From a virus (taxonomy: Duplodnaviria > Caudoviricetes), in the IMG/VR virus record IMGVR_UViG_3300011438_000022, positions 1 to 40,083 of that record: DNA of 40,083 nucleotides; one strand, 5' to 3'. The notes under the pieces are model-generated. The model saw nothing but the letters and a program-made list of their open reading frames with translations, did not search any database and was not told the DNA's origin. A program made the translations under genes and the position numbers. The number at the start of each line of letters is the position of its first letter. Position 1 is the first letter of the stretch. This document shows positions 1 to 8,783 of this stretch, piece after piece.

Positions 1-76
1 CCAACCATCTTTTATAAAGTAGTTGACCATTCATATAAACATAGAGTTCCTTTCCCTTTATTTCTTTTACTATCAT
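1..76 (-). CDS. 5' part of a small hypothetical protein running off the window edge (MIVKEIKGKELYVYMNGQLLYKRWL...)
   Basis: ATG at 76, 2 nt after the stop of the preceding ORF; frame open to position 1. Confidence 0.6.
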   Translation of the reverse strand, partial: MIVKEIKGKELYVYMNGQLLYKRWL

Positions 77-78
77 GA

Positions 79-240
79 TTAAAGAGCCTTAAGAATTAAT
101 AAAGATATGAGTGTGAGTGAAGATATAATTTGATAGACTATCCAGACACCATAATTATTGTTGCCGAGGCCATCAGAACAGGTCTCTAAATCTAAAAATA
201 AGGCTCCTATTGCTGGGAGCCAAACTAAGTACTTTTTCAT
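79..240 (-). CDS. 53-aa small membrane protein (MKKYLVWLPAIGALFL...VWIVYQIISSLTLISLLILKAL), not in the ORF track
   Basis: Translated by hand; fills the gap between ORFs and has two hydrophobic segments. Confidence 0.65.
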   Translation of the reverse strand: MKKYLVWLPAIGALFLDLETCSDGLGNNNYGVWIVYQIISSLTLISLLILKAL

Positions 241-251
241 ATAAATGTTTG

Positions 252-653
252 TTATTTAGTAGTTAAAAAGAGTTTAAGTCTTACCCACTCCTTGGTTTGC
301 TTAAGAGAAAAAGGACTTAACGGCTCTTTTAGTCTTGCTTGTTTTAATAGGCTTTTTGGCATTTTCTTGGCTTCCTTTTTTTGTCCTAATTCTACTATTT
401 TTCCTAATCTCTTATAAGTCTCAAATATAGCATTATGTGTGATCGACTCCTTCTTAAAATCGCCGACGATAACGATTTCAGAACTTGGAGCTATAACGTG
501 AACATACCTTCCATTTTCTCCAACCATGCAACTAGTTTGACCAATTTTTAACAAATTATATATTTGAACAGCCACTTCACGTGAAATTTCCCTGTCAAAC
601 ACTTCTTCTAGTTTTTGTCTTATGTTAGATGTGTTAAGTATCATTTGCTCCAC
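252..653 (-). CDS. Hypothetical phage protein
   Basis: ORF coupled to the end of the polymerase; the true start may be the second Met at 644. Confidence 0.7.
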   Translation of the reverse strand: MEQMILNTSNIRQKLEEVFDREISREVAVQIYNLLKIGQTSCMVGENGRYVHVIAPSSEIVIVGDFKKESITHNAIFETYKRLGKIVELGQKKEAKKMPKSLLKQARLKEPLSPFSLKQTKEWVRLKLFLTTK

Positions 654-2647
654 TCCTTTTTAATTTGTAAATCTGAACTTCCTTTTAACTCCTCCAAGAA
701 ATAAGTAATGCTTTCAGACATTATCTTAGGTATTTCTGGCGCAAGATACAAGTATTTATCATTTATGCAGAGTAAGTTTTGATCATAAATGGACATTACT
801 ATATATCCCAGGTCTTTCTCTTCGATCCGCAAATTCTTAGATGTTTCTATAAGCCACTTATCTAAGTTTATTAGAGAAATCTTAATGCAATCTGCTCCCG
901 AACCTTGAATTGGAAAATTAAGAATTTCGCCGTACACTTCGTCTAAGTTGTCAAAATATCTTCTTCTTCCTAATTTGTTAGCTACAATATAGCCCTCTTT
1001 TTGACAATCTTTATAGCGACCTCGTAAATATTTTGTTAAGACCGGAAGGGCAGCGTCTAACGCTTTTGAAATTTCTTCAGCTTTTACTCCCCTTTGGTCT
1101 GGTGGCCAGTGATTTACTAAGTACTCATTAAGTACGTTCATAACACGCATCTTACCGCCACCATAAAACTTGGCGAATAAACAACTTTTGTGATCGTCTC
1201 TGAGCTTTTTAAGATTATATTTAAAACCATCAATTTCAGTAATTGTTGATTCATTTTTTACTTCGAATTTTTTATTAAAGATTATTGAATAAGATATGGA
1301 ACTCAAATAAGAGTGCAAATCAAAACCTTCTTTGAAGGATTTCATAATTACTGGTTCTTTAGAGAAATCTCCAGCCAGTAGCACTTCTTGACCGGCTAAA
1401 TCACAATCAATAAAGGAGTAACCAGGATCTGGAATAAAAATTGATCTGATGTCCTTTCGTTTGGGAATATTAGCTAGGTTTAATCCTAGTTCTCCTTTAA
1501 TTACTTCACTAGAAGCTAACCTTCCAGTATCTGTCCAACATTGTGAATAAGAAGTTCTTATTCTACCTCTCTCAAGACATCCAAAGAGTTTCTCTCCATA
1601 AGTACCGAGGAGTTTTGAGTACTCTCTATATTCAAGTAAAATACCAACAAACTTGGCTAGTGGCGACTCAGGATGATTATTAACGTAGGTTTTTATACAA
1701 TTTTCTCCATAAGAAACCTTCCCAAAATCGTCGGTTGGCTTTGGGCATCCGATACGTGTGAATAAATCATTGATTTGCTTTGGAGAGTCGTAGTTAACAT
1801 TAAATACATTAAAATTTTCAACTATATACCCGTCTCCTCCAAATACATCAAGTTGTGTCCAGCTTTCTTTTTTTCTTGGATTATTGAATTTTCCTCCTTG
1901 AATTTGAGGATAATCTCTGGATAACGTCCTTATTTCTTTATCCAAAGATAATTGAAGCTCGCAAGACTTTTCTTTCCAAGCTTTAATGTTGTTTCTGTGC
2001 TTTTCTTTATTAATTAAACATCCGTTAAACTCAATTTTTACCAGGACTGGAGTAAGTTTGTTTTCAAGTTTAACAATGTTTTCAAGCTTTCGTTCTTTTA
2101 TCCATTTTTGTTGCTCTAAGTAAATATCATAGAGATTTTCAACATCCTCGGCAGCGTACTCGAGTTGTTCTTCTGTCAATTCTTCATCTCCACGCATTCC
2201 TATAAATGAAGACCTGAGAGCCTTTTTAGTGTCTTTAGTCTTCATATCTTTATTTAAATACCTTTTCGTAACCCCCACAAGAGAGTGAGGGCTAGAAAAG
2301 TCGGGAATACTTCCCACCATATTCTTACTGTCATGAAACCCATTGTCAATAATTTGACTGGCTAACATCGTGCAGTAAGTATTTCTAAGAAGTACACCAA
2401 AATTAGAATAAATTACCCCTATTTCAGCTTTAGAGTTATGTGTTATTACGAGGCAACCGGAAAGTTCTTCCAGTAAATGTTGGAACTTCTGTGGATAGTT
2501 CGCTGGTTGGAGCAGGTAAGTCTCCTTTTTTTGGTTCTCCACCGTAAGAAGAATAAGATTTGCGTTTAAGAGATCCAGGCTCGAGAACTCCGTGTCTATC
2601 ATTACTATCGGAGTCAGTTTCACTTGACTCGGACTCGATATTTCCAT
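641..2647 (-). CDS. polA: Family A DNA polymerase with N-terminal 3'-5' exonuclease domain
   Basis: ExoI IDTE, ExoIII YAAEDV, TDTGRLASS, NLANIP, motif A DCDLAGQE, motif B RxxxKxxxFxxxYGGG, NFPIQGSGAD, motif C variant IYDQ. Confidence 0.95.
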   Translation of the reverse strand: MEISSPSQVKLTPIVMIDTEFSSLDLLNANLILLTVENQKKETYLLQPANYPQKFQHLLEELSGCLVITHNSKAEIGVIYSNFGVLLRNTYCTMLASQIIDNGFHDSKNMVGSIPDFSSPHSLVGVTKRYLNKDMKTKDTKKALRSSFIGMRGDEELTEEQLEYAAEDVENLYDIYLEQQKWIKERKLENIVKLENKLTPVLVKIEFNGCLINKEKHRNNIKAWKEKSCELQLSLDKEIRTLSRDYPQIQGGKFNNPRKKESWTQLDVFGGDGYIVENFNVFNVNYDSPKQINDLFTRIGCPKPTDDFGKVSYGENCIKTYVNNHPESPLAKFVGILLEYREYSKLLGTYGEKLFGCLERGRIRTSYSQCWTDTGRLASSEVIKGELGLNLANIPKRKDIRSIFIPDPGYSFIDCDLAGQEVLLAGDFSKEPVIMKSFKEGFDLHSYLSSISYSIIFNKKFEVKNESTITEIDGFKYNLKKLRDDHKSCLFAKFYGGGKMRVMNVLNEYLVNHWPPDQRGVKAEEISKALDAALPVLTKYLRGRYKDCQKEGYIVANKLGRRRYFDNLDEVYGEILNFPIQGSGADCIKISLINLDKWLIETSKNLRIEEKDLGYIVMSIYDQNLLCINDKYLYLAPEIPKIMSESITYFLEELKGSSDLQIKKEWSK

Positions 2648-3128
2648 AGATGATTTCTAAGTTTTTACCATCGTATGTTATTTTACTTACTTCGCTAATA
2701 TGTGGCCATGGTTCTGGATACTCTATTTGCGCTAAAAAAGCTACAAAAGACATGTTATCTTTAACGCGGATAACATCAGCGCTGCATCGTAGAAAGTTTC
2801 GTATAGTTAGACTGTGCCCTTCTTCTATCGAGCTTTCTTTTAAAAGATCTTCTACAGAGTCAGAAACAGTAGTCCCTCTTCTAATTGGCTCTACATTTAG
2901 GGAAGGAAATTGTTTCTTTATAGTCTCATAAAGTCCTTTGCTTTTGTAATTCACTGCACCAGTTTCTCCAATATCTACAGTAGTTGCTAATGTATGAGGT
3001 ATTTGCCAAGCAAAGGACTCGAAAACAGATAATGATTCTTTTTGTTTAGGCTTTTCTATTTCCTCGGGTTGATCTAAATTTTTTTTTCTAGTAGGCCTTA
3101 TTTTTTTTGCTTTCATTTTAACCTTCAA
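2436..3128 (-). CDS. Hypothetical protein with a basic N-terminus; its C-terminal tail overlaps the polymerase start
   Basis: 230-aa ORF in operon position; 212-nt overlap with polA in another frame. Confidence 0.7.
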   Translation of the reverse strand: MKVKMKAKKIRPTRKKNLDQPEEIEKPKQKESLSVFESFAWQIPHTLATTVDIGETGAVNYKSKGLYETIKKQFPSLNVEPIRRGTTVSDSVEDLLKESSIEEGHSLTIRNFLRCSADVIRVKDNMSFVAFLAQIEYPEPWPHISEVSKITYDGKNLEIIYGNIESESSETDSDSNDRHGVLEPGSLKRKSYSSYGGEPKKGDLPAPTSELSTEVPTFTGRTFRLPRNNT

Positions 3129-3459
3129 TAATTAAGTTGCTTTCCACTTCAGGCTCGATTTCAAAGTTATTTTCAACATATGACTCTAAGAAGAATGGTA
3201 TGTCTTGCTCTGCTATTTTGAGTCTGTAGTACTGATCTAATTTTCTATATTGAACATCTACTTTTCCATTTTTAGTTTCCACAGGGAATTCTGTGTACCG
3301 CTCGGTAACGGAGTCTATCAATATAGAAAGGTCTTTAGATTCAGGATTATATATTCCATCAAGTATTTTACAGTTTTGTATAGGGAATACACCCCAAGTT
3401 TTAATTTTTCTTCCATCTGTTACATCAATTGTAACATGATATTTCATTAAAGGTTTCAT
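3118..3459 (-). CDS. Hypothetical protein of a type recalled from crAss-like/Bacteroidota phages
   Basis: TWxxxPxxxC...IYNPxxKxLxI pattern; directly preceded by a promoter motif. Confidence 0.75.
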   Translation of the reverse strand: MKPLMKYHVTIDVTDGRKIKTWGVFPIQNCKILDGIYNPESKDLSILIDSVTERYTEFPVETKNGKVDVQYRKLDQYYRLKIAEQDIPFFLESYVENNFEIEPEVESNLIIEG

Positions 3460-3495
3460 AGTACAAAGATAGGAAGAATTTTATAAAGAACCAAA
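3460..3495 (-). promoter_or_regulatory. Bacteroidota sigma-A-type promoter (-33 TTTG, -7 TATCTTTG), 4 nt upstream of ATG
   Basis: Minus strand reads TTTGG...TATCTTTG-TACT-ATG, matching the TTTG / TAnnTTTG consensus. Confidence 0.8.
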
Positions 3496-3501
3496 TTAAT
3501 C

Positions 3502-3822
3502 TTAATTTATCTCAGTGCATTTATCTGTGTAATTATAGCTTACATTATAGTAATGCAGGAGATCAGCGGCACTTTTTGAAGCTACTGTACATTCTGGAAT
3601 AGGTTTTCCCATGTAAGCACTTATCAACTCTACTGCACAATCATACATATCAAATGCAGGAAATCTTTCGCCATTTTCATCTTCTAGGTTTCTACCTATG
3701 TAAATTAATTCCACCTTAGATAGATCAGCAGTTGACAATAAAGCTTTTAGTTCTTCGAATGTTCTACAATGCGCCCATCCAGGCCTTTTTGGATTATTTT
3801 GTCCATCTATGTAGATTTTCAT
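3502..3822 (-). CDS. Degenerate cyclic-phosphate-processing receiver-domain-like protein
   Basis: MKIYIDG..P...W...RTFEE...LL...VELIYIGRNL...YDCAVEL follows the MKLYLDD..P..GW..vRT.EE...I..ISLDHDLG..GYD template, but the acidic and His residues are altered. Confidence 0.5.
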   Translation of the reverse strand: MKIYIDGQNNPKRPGWAHCRTFEELKALLSTADLSKVELIYIGRNLEDENGERFPAFDMYDCAVELISAYMGKPIPECTVASKSAADLLHYYNVSYNYTDKCTEIN

Positions 3823-3840
3823 AAATTTGAATTACATATT

Positions 3841-3865
3841 AAAAAAGGGGAGCTTTCGCCCCCCC
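3841..3865 (-). terminator. Rho-independent terminator
   Basis: GGGGGGC-GAAA-GCTCCCC followed by T6 on the minus strand. Confidence 0.85.
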
Positions 3866-3870
3866 ATTAC

Positions 3871-4047
3871 TTACACTAAATTGTAATTTTTAATAGTTGT
3901 TGACACTGTTTTCATGGTTCTAACCCATGTTTTAGCTCTGTTCAAACTTGTTTCATAATGTTCAAGATTTTTGCCATTGATCATTACTCGGCACCTAAAG
4001 GTTTTAGGCTTTAATCGTTCTACGTTTTTTAAAATTGTTTTTCTCAT
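3871..4047 (-). CDS. 58-aa basic protein, possibly AP2/integrase-arm-type DNA-binding (MRKTILKNVERLKPKTFRCRVMINGKNLEHYETSLNRAKTWV...), not in the ORF track
   Basis: ATG abuts the dUTPase stop, TAA lies just before the terminator; FRCRVMINGK followed by a helix resembles three-strand-plus-helix DNA-binding domains. Confidence 0.6.
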   Translation of the reverse strand: MRKTILKNVERLKPKTFRCRVMINGKNLEHYETSLNRAKTWVRTMKTVSTTIKNYNLV

Positions 4048-4488
4048 TTAATTAGTGCTTCCAAAACCATTCTCGCCTCGATCTGTGAGTGGAAGGTCCT
4101 GGATTATTTCTAGTTCTACAGTAGGTAATGGAAGTATTATTAATTGCGCTATTCTATCTCCTATTTCGTATTCATAATCCTCGTTTTCTAAAGCTCTATA
4201 CTCAAAATAAACTATTGGTTTAAATTTAAGTTTTATTTCTCCTATATAGTGAGAATCTATCACGGCGACCGAATTAGCTAAACACAAAGTTTTAGAAGAG
4301 ATTGAACTTCTTGGGAAAACAAATCCTGCATACCCCTCAGGGATAAACGCTGAAACTCCTGTTCCATAAACAATATTCCCTAAATCATCATAGTCTTTAC
4401 TGAGAGCTGTTAAATCGAATCCAGCGTCCTGACTATGAGCTTTACTAGGAATTTTTGCTCCTTCCGATAATTTTAATTTAACTTTCAA
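4048..4488 (-). CDS. dut: Trimeric dUTPase
   Basis: Motifs AGFDL, PRSS, VIDSHYIGE, GDRIAQL and RGENGFGST. Confidence 0.95.
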   Translation of the reverse strand: MKVKLKLSEGAKIPSKAHSQDAGFDLTALSKDYDDLGNIVYGTGVSAFIPEGYAGFVFPRSSISSKTLCLANSVAVIDSHYIGEIKLKFKPIVYFEYRALENEDYEYEIGDRIAQLIILPLPTVELEIIQDLPLTDRGENGFGSTN

Positions 4489-5071
4489 GTTCTGTTTCGT
4501 TTACTTTCGTATGTTTGAAATTATCGCTAATAAAGGTTTCTTTTTCGAGGTCTGGCGGATCCAGCAATTGTCCAATTCTTAATAGATCTCCTAAAGGGAT
4601 TTTCAATTCATCAGCAAATCTTTCATAAGTTGATAAAGTAGGCGCTAAGTATGCTTCTATTTTAGGATGAGGAGAGAACTTTCCATAATATTCTGTTCCC
4701 CAGTATAGATTAATAAAACCTTTGGTTTTAGTATGAAGGTCTGTATATTTACCTTTTAAGAAAACGTCAAAGTCTTCTTTAAAGTGGTCAAGATCAAATA
4801 CATATATTCTTAAATTATCTGTTTCATAATATTCATTAGAATCAAGACAAGAAGAGGTTAATATGTAATTTGTTTCGTAATGATTAAATTCACTAGAGTC
4901 TTCTTTGTCAAAAGGAACTATTAGTTTATAGTCAGCAGTAGTTATTCTCTTCTGCTTATCCATAATATAGGGTCCTTTTGGTTTAATATATTGGTCTTTC
5001 TTTAGCTCAATTAGCGGTAGCAAAAATAACTTTGATTTTTGAACATACCTAGAATCGGTTAATGTGGCCAT
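4478..5071 (-). CDS. Conserved hypothetical protein of crAss-like phage replication modules
   Basis: KSKLFLLPLI...FLKGKYT...PDLEKETF pattern recalled from such phages; operon position. Confidence 0.7.
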   Translation of the reverse strand: MATLTDSRYVQKSKLFLLPLIELKKDQYIKPKGPYIMDKQKRITTADYKLIVPFDKEDSSEFNHYETNYILTSSCLDSNEYYETDNLRIYVFDLDHFKEDFDVFLKGKYTDLHTKTKGFINLYWGTEYYGKFSPHPKIEAYLAPTLSTYERFADELKIPLGDLLRIGQLLDPPDLEKETFISDNFKHTKVNETELES

Positions 5072-6138
5072 GTTTCCACGAATGGGGGTCTATTAAATTT
5101 TCTTATTTTACTTAAAGTTTCTTGTATTAAAGATATATCAGTTACAAGTATCTTTTTGTAGTTTTCAAGATTTTGTTTAACAGTATTGAATTGTCCTTCG
5201 TAAGCGTTTTTTATCTCGTCTCTTGGAATTTTTCCTTCTCTAATAGCTAGATAATGCCCAGGAGCTTTTACTTTTAAATGTAACGTACTATCAATAAGGG
5301 CATCCCCTATTAGTTCTAGGATACGAAAGGCATGAAGCATTGATTTAGTTGCGTAGCCGTTAACTATTTTTGATTCTCCGTAAGTCTTTTTTAAGTTTTT
5401 ATATTTTAAGTACTTCTTTTTCTCAAAGATAATTACTCCTTCATTAACAAGAGACCACATTTTATCTGGATTTTTTATTCCATTTTCAACGAGTTCTCCA
5501 TCTTTATCAAACATTCCAGTGATAAAGTCATCACCATTATATTTAACAAGATAATTATAATCTCTGAAAAGAAGATAAACACCATAAGACAGGGGATAAA
5601 GACACATTCTATCTACTTCAAGTTCTTTTTTATGAGGTATTACCTCTCTTGTTAAACTTCCTCTTTCCATACAAGAGGAAAAAGCTTCTTTATTAGGAAG
5701 GCCCGCCTGATTATGAGGGTAATAAGTCATATAATCAACTGGACTTATTTTATCCTTAAACAAAGATCCAAGTCTAAGAGCTTTTGAATAAAATACAGAA
5801 GAGGTATTTAACCACTGCTCAAGAGTCTCTTTACTTAGTAGGTGAGATCTGATATGTTCAAACTTTTCAAAAAGATGACTCTTATATATAAAGTTAGGGA
5901 AATCGTTGAAAAGCAGTTCTGTGGCATGTAAATCTCCCCTTTCAAGCATCTTTCCATATTTTCCTACTTCAAAGTAAGATCCATCTTTTGTGCGAATAGT
6001 TGAGATAGGATTATCTATTAATTGATCAATAGGGGTTACAAAAACACCCATGTAGTCTCTATCAGACCCCTCTACATCTGTTCCGTAAGCCCTGGAACCA
6101 ACAAGTACTTTACATATGAGATTTTCTGGATCTTTCAT
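5059..6138 (-). CDS. Pol-beta superfamily nucleotidyltransferase (RlaP/Nuc-transf-like)
   Basis: VGSRAYGTDVEGSDRDYMGVF (GS...DxD) and C-terminal KSMLHAFRIL...LAIREGK helical region. Confidence 0.85.
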   Translation of the reverse strand: MKDPENLICKVLVGSRAYGTDVEGSDRDYMGVFVTPIDQLIDNPISTIRTKDGSYFEVGKYGKMLERGDLHATELLFNDFPNFIYKSHLFEKFEHIRSHLLSKETLEQWLNTSSVFYSKALRLGSLFKDKISPVDYMTYYPHNQAGLPNKEAFSSCMERGSLTREVIPHKKELEVDRMCLYPLSYGVYLLFRDYNYLVKYNGDDFITGMFDKDGELVENGIKNPDKMWSLVNEGVIIFEKKKYLKYKNLKKTYGESKIVNGYATKSMLHAFRILELIGDALIDSTLHLKVKAPGHYLAIREGKIPRDEIKNAYEGQFNTVKQNLENYKKILVTDISLIQETLSKIRKFNRPPFVETWPH

Positions 6139-7142
6139 AAAAGTATAATTTCATTTAAATATTCGTAAGGAAATCCATAGCGTTTCATCTTAATGTGATA
6201 GTATGCTTTATCTATGTCATCCTCTACTTTAGTAATTATTTTTGCTTTTGTTGCTGGAGAGAGAGAAAAAACCTTATATCTCCCACTGTCATCGACCACT
6301 AAAAACTCGAAATAAATTTTCCATCCTTTTGAAAAAGCCTCAAGAGCTTTTAAATAAACTCCAGCTTGTATATCAAGTTGGCGCTCTTCATAAAATGAAG
6401 AGAATTCAAGAACGTTCTCTACTTTTTTAATATCAGTGATAATAATCTCTTTGAGACTTATATCAATTTTAACATGGTCCATCATTCCTATTATAGCAAC
6501 TTTCGTTCTTTTTCCAGTAGCTCTGCTATTTAGAGGAATAATAGCTTTAAAAAGCATTTCATAATAATACTCTTTACCATCTTCCTCGTCCCATCTAAGA
6601 GTTTCGGAATTAACCAGATCTTCTAATAAGCACCCTTTTGATTCTTTTGGCTCAATATTCTGTAATTTAAGGCGTTTATTAAAAGATTTGTAATTTTTGT
6701 CGATTAGAGCGTTTATTCGATCGATCTGACCAGCATCAATCCCGAGTTTTCCTGCCATACAGAAGTCCATGTAAGCTTTATATTGCTTTGCTTTTTCTTT
6801 GATAGTCTCGAGAGATTCTGTATACTCGGATCTATTGTAGGCAGCCTGTTCATACTTTGCAATATCTTCTGAGACAATGTATTCATTCAAAATAAGATGA
6901 TAATTAATCATCTCCGCTAACTGTTGAATATACGTTCTCATCATTAAAGAGTGTGGAACCTTTGGTTTTTGGATATACTTATCCTGAACTACTGAAGGAC
7001 ATAGAAGTAAATCATGTAAAAGCATTCCATCAATTTGCCTAGGTCCTTCCTTTTGCCGAGGTTCTCCGTTTAGATAAATTCTTTCATACTCTAAAGGATC
7101 TTTCCTCAGCATTTTTATAGTTGAATAACTTAGTGTAACCAT
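6135..7142 (-). CDS. PD-(D/E)XK exonuclease (RecB/ExoVIII-like)
   Basis: LSYSTIK, GxLLHxLLL, GMMD...ITDIK and QAGVY motifs. Confidence 0.8.
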   Translation of the reverse strand: MVTLSYSTIKMLRKDPLEYERIYLNGEPRQKEGPRQIDGMLLHDLLLCPSVVQDKYIQKPKVPHSLMMRTYIQQLAEMINYHLILNEYIVSEDIAKYEQAAYNRSEYTESLETIKEKAKQYKAYMDFCMAGKLGIDAGQIDRINALIDKNYKSFNKRLKLQNIEPKESKGCLLEDLVNSETLRWDEEDGKEYYYEMLFKAIIPLNSRATGKRTKVAIIGMMDHVKIDISLKEIIITDIKKVENVLEFSSFYEERQLDIQAGVYLKALEAFSKGWKIYFEFLVVDDSGRYKVFSLSPATKAKIITKVEDDIDKAYYHIKMKRYGFPYEYLNEIILL

Positions 7143-7486
7143 TTTTTTAGTAATTGATAAAAGAAACTTTTATCCATGTATACATAATCACCAACTTCAT
7201 AAAACCTCGAACCCTTTTTCTCTTCTTTAATATGAAGCAAGATTAAAGGTTTATCCATTGGTTTTAAGATCTCTGAAATTTTAGGTGTGTTAATAGTTTT
7301 TTTAACTTGTATATGACAGGGCAGTATAATTAAACTCGTCGGAAGTTGCATTAAATCTACACCTTTATCATCTAGGTTTTTAGACTCGGCTCTTGTTGTT
7401 ACAACGCCATCAAATCCAAGATCTCTTAGTTCTTTAGCGATCCTTTGCTCGGCTCTTATACCAGCAGTTCTATTACGGTTCCCCAT
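7130..7486 (-). CDS. Holliday junction resolvase (Hjc-like PD-(D/E)XK)
   Basis: GxxxExxIAKELRxLGF, DDKGVDL and IQVK motifs. Confidence 0.8.
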   Translation of the reverse strand: MGNRNRTAGIRAEQRIAKELRDLGFDGVVTTRAESKNLDDKGVDLMQLPTSLIILPCHIQVKKTINTPKISEILKPMDKPLILLHIKEEKKGSRFYEVGDYVYMDKSFFYQLLKKWLH

Positions 7487-7522
7487 AATACAAATATACG
7501 AAAAATTTTATAAAATTCCCAG
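7487..7522 (-). promoter_or_regulatory. Bacteroidota-type promoter (-7 TATATTTG), 4 nt upstream of ATG
   Basis: Minus strand reads TATATTTG-TATT-ATG; the -33 element is weak (CTGGG). Confidence 0.7.
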
Positions 7523-7537
7523 TAATTGGGGATAAAC

Positions 7538-7972
7538 TTATAAGATTTTGTACATTTCTGATAATGTGTTGCCTGATCGCTTATTTTTAAATCCAAGGGC
7601 CTTCTTATATCCAAGCGCTTTTGCCAGTTCAACTGCTTTGCTGTCTGTTTTGTGTATGAACCCAATATATGTATATCCAAGACGCCGAGCTTCAATCTCA
7701 CAAGCTTTAATTAATGCTTTGTTCATGTAAGCGTTTTCACAAAGATCAAAGCTGTACATGTAAGATTTTCCACAGCATCCAAAAGATTCACAAAGATTTA
7801 CTGATGCTTGGCCTAAGTTAGTTCGAATCGCTATTGTATTGGGATTTGTGCTCATTCTTGATTGATCACCTATTTCACTAGCAAGTTGTATTTTGATAAA
7901 TTTAAACTCTTTCCTTTCTAAAAAATTCTTAATATCCCCTTCAGTTTTAGCTGATCTTATTTGCTTAGGCAT
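7538..7972 (-). CDS. GNAT-like (C)CG-family protein, paralog 1
   Basis: GCCG...ARRLGYTYI...LGY...FKNKRSGNTL, shared with 15242, 22019 and 36477. Confidence 0.65.
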   Translation of the reverse strand: MPKQIRSAKTEGDIKNFLERKEFKFIKIQLASEIGDQSRMSTNPNTIAIRTNLGQASVNLCESFGCCGKSYMYSFDLCENAYMNKALIKACEIEARRLGYTYIGFIHKTDSKAVELAKALGYKKALGFKNKRSGNTLSEMYKIL

Positions 7973-8783
7973 TCTCTAATACTTTAATATTGAACTCTTC
8001 AACGAGTTCATTTGCTATGTCAAGATTGTATGTATTAATAGCTTCTTGAATTTTTGCTTCATACGCAAGGTAATCAAGGCCTTCATTATAATCTTTAATG
8101 GCCTTAATTAGACCGTCCCAAAAGAAATTGAAAGTTTCTTTATCTTTAATCACGGAGTTAGAAAGAGAGCGGTACTCTACACCTGCAATCTCTCCATAAT
8201 CTTTAAACCTGAAACAACCCGCTTTACCATATAAATTCCTTCTTTCCTTATCTTCATCAATAAAAAGGAACGGAAGAGCAATGTTTACATCAAGCAGACG
8301 TACAAGTCTCATTACATTTGCTGGGGAAGCGCCAGGAAAACTTATGTGCACGTGATAACCACAGCATCTTTTGTTTGTTTCATTAGCATCAGGTTTTTCA
8401 TTTATTTCTCCTCCATTCCAAGCGGAGAAATCGGGATCACAACCAAAGCGTCTAGCCTCCTCGTCTTGAAGTTGATCATCCTTATATTCACCGTTAGGGC
8501 AGCATAGAACCTCTAAACCCGTAGGTAATCTTTCTTTAATTGCTTCAGTTACCAGCTGAATGTTTTCCCACATTTCTTCATTACTAAAAAGAAGAACAGG
8601 TGGAACATTTGCTTCAGCCAGGGCACCATCGTGTTGAATAGCATGTCCTACAGGAGAAACAGGTAAAGGACTTTCTTTTGTGCCATCAATAAAAGGAATG
8701 GCGGAAATAAAATTTTTTTCGTTATCAACAATGAAGAGCTCGAAATCGGCTCCAATTTTAACTTTATTGACATCAATTTTCAT
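7965..8783 (-). CDS. phiEco32-like COOH-NH2 ligase type 2
   Basis: IGADFELF, DGALAEANVPP, FGCDPDFSAWN, GYHVHI, RRNLYGKAGCFR and GVEYRSLSN. Confidence 0.92.
   Translation of the reverse strand: MKIDVNKVKIGADFELFIVDNEKNFISAIPFIDGTKESPLPVSPVGHAIQHDGALAEANVPPVLLFSNEEMWENIQLVTEAIKERLPTGLEVLCCPNGEYKDDQLQDEEARRFGCDPDFSAWNGGEINEKPDANETNKRCCGYHVHISFPGASPANVMRLVRLLDVNIALPFLFIDEDKERRNLYGKAGCFRFKDYGEIAGVEYRSLSNSVIKDKETFNFFWDGLIKAIKDYNEGLDYLAYEAKIQEAINTYNLDIANELVEEFNIKVLENA

Noticed and set aside
2640-2680. Programmed frameshift fusing the upstream ORF to polA
   Set aside because: There is no canonical X XXY YYZ slippery heptamer (only five A in GGTAAAAAC), and the polA frame has a stop four codons before its ATG
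7456-7701. 81-aa minus-strand ORF
   Set aside because: It is nested in another frame of the CCG-family gene and runs across a promoter; likely spurious
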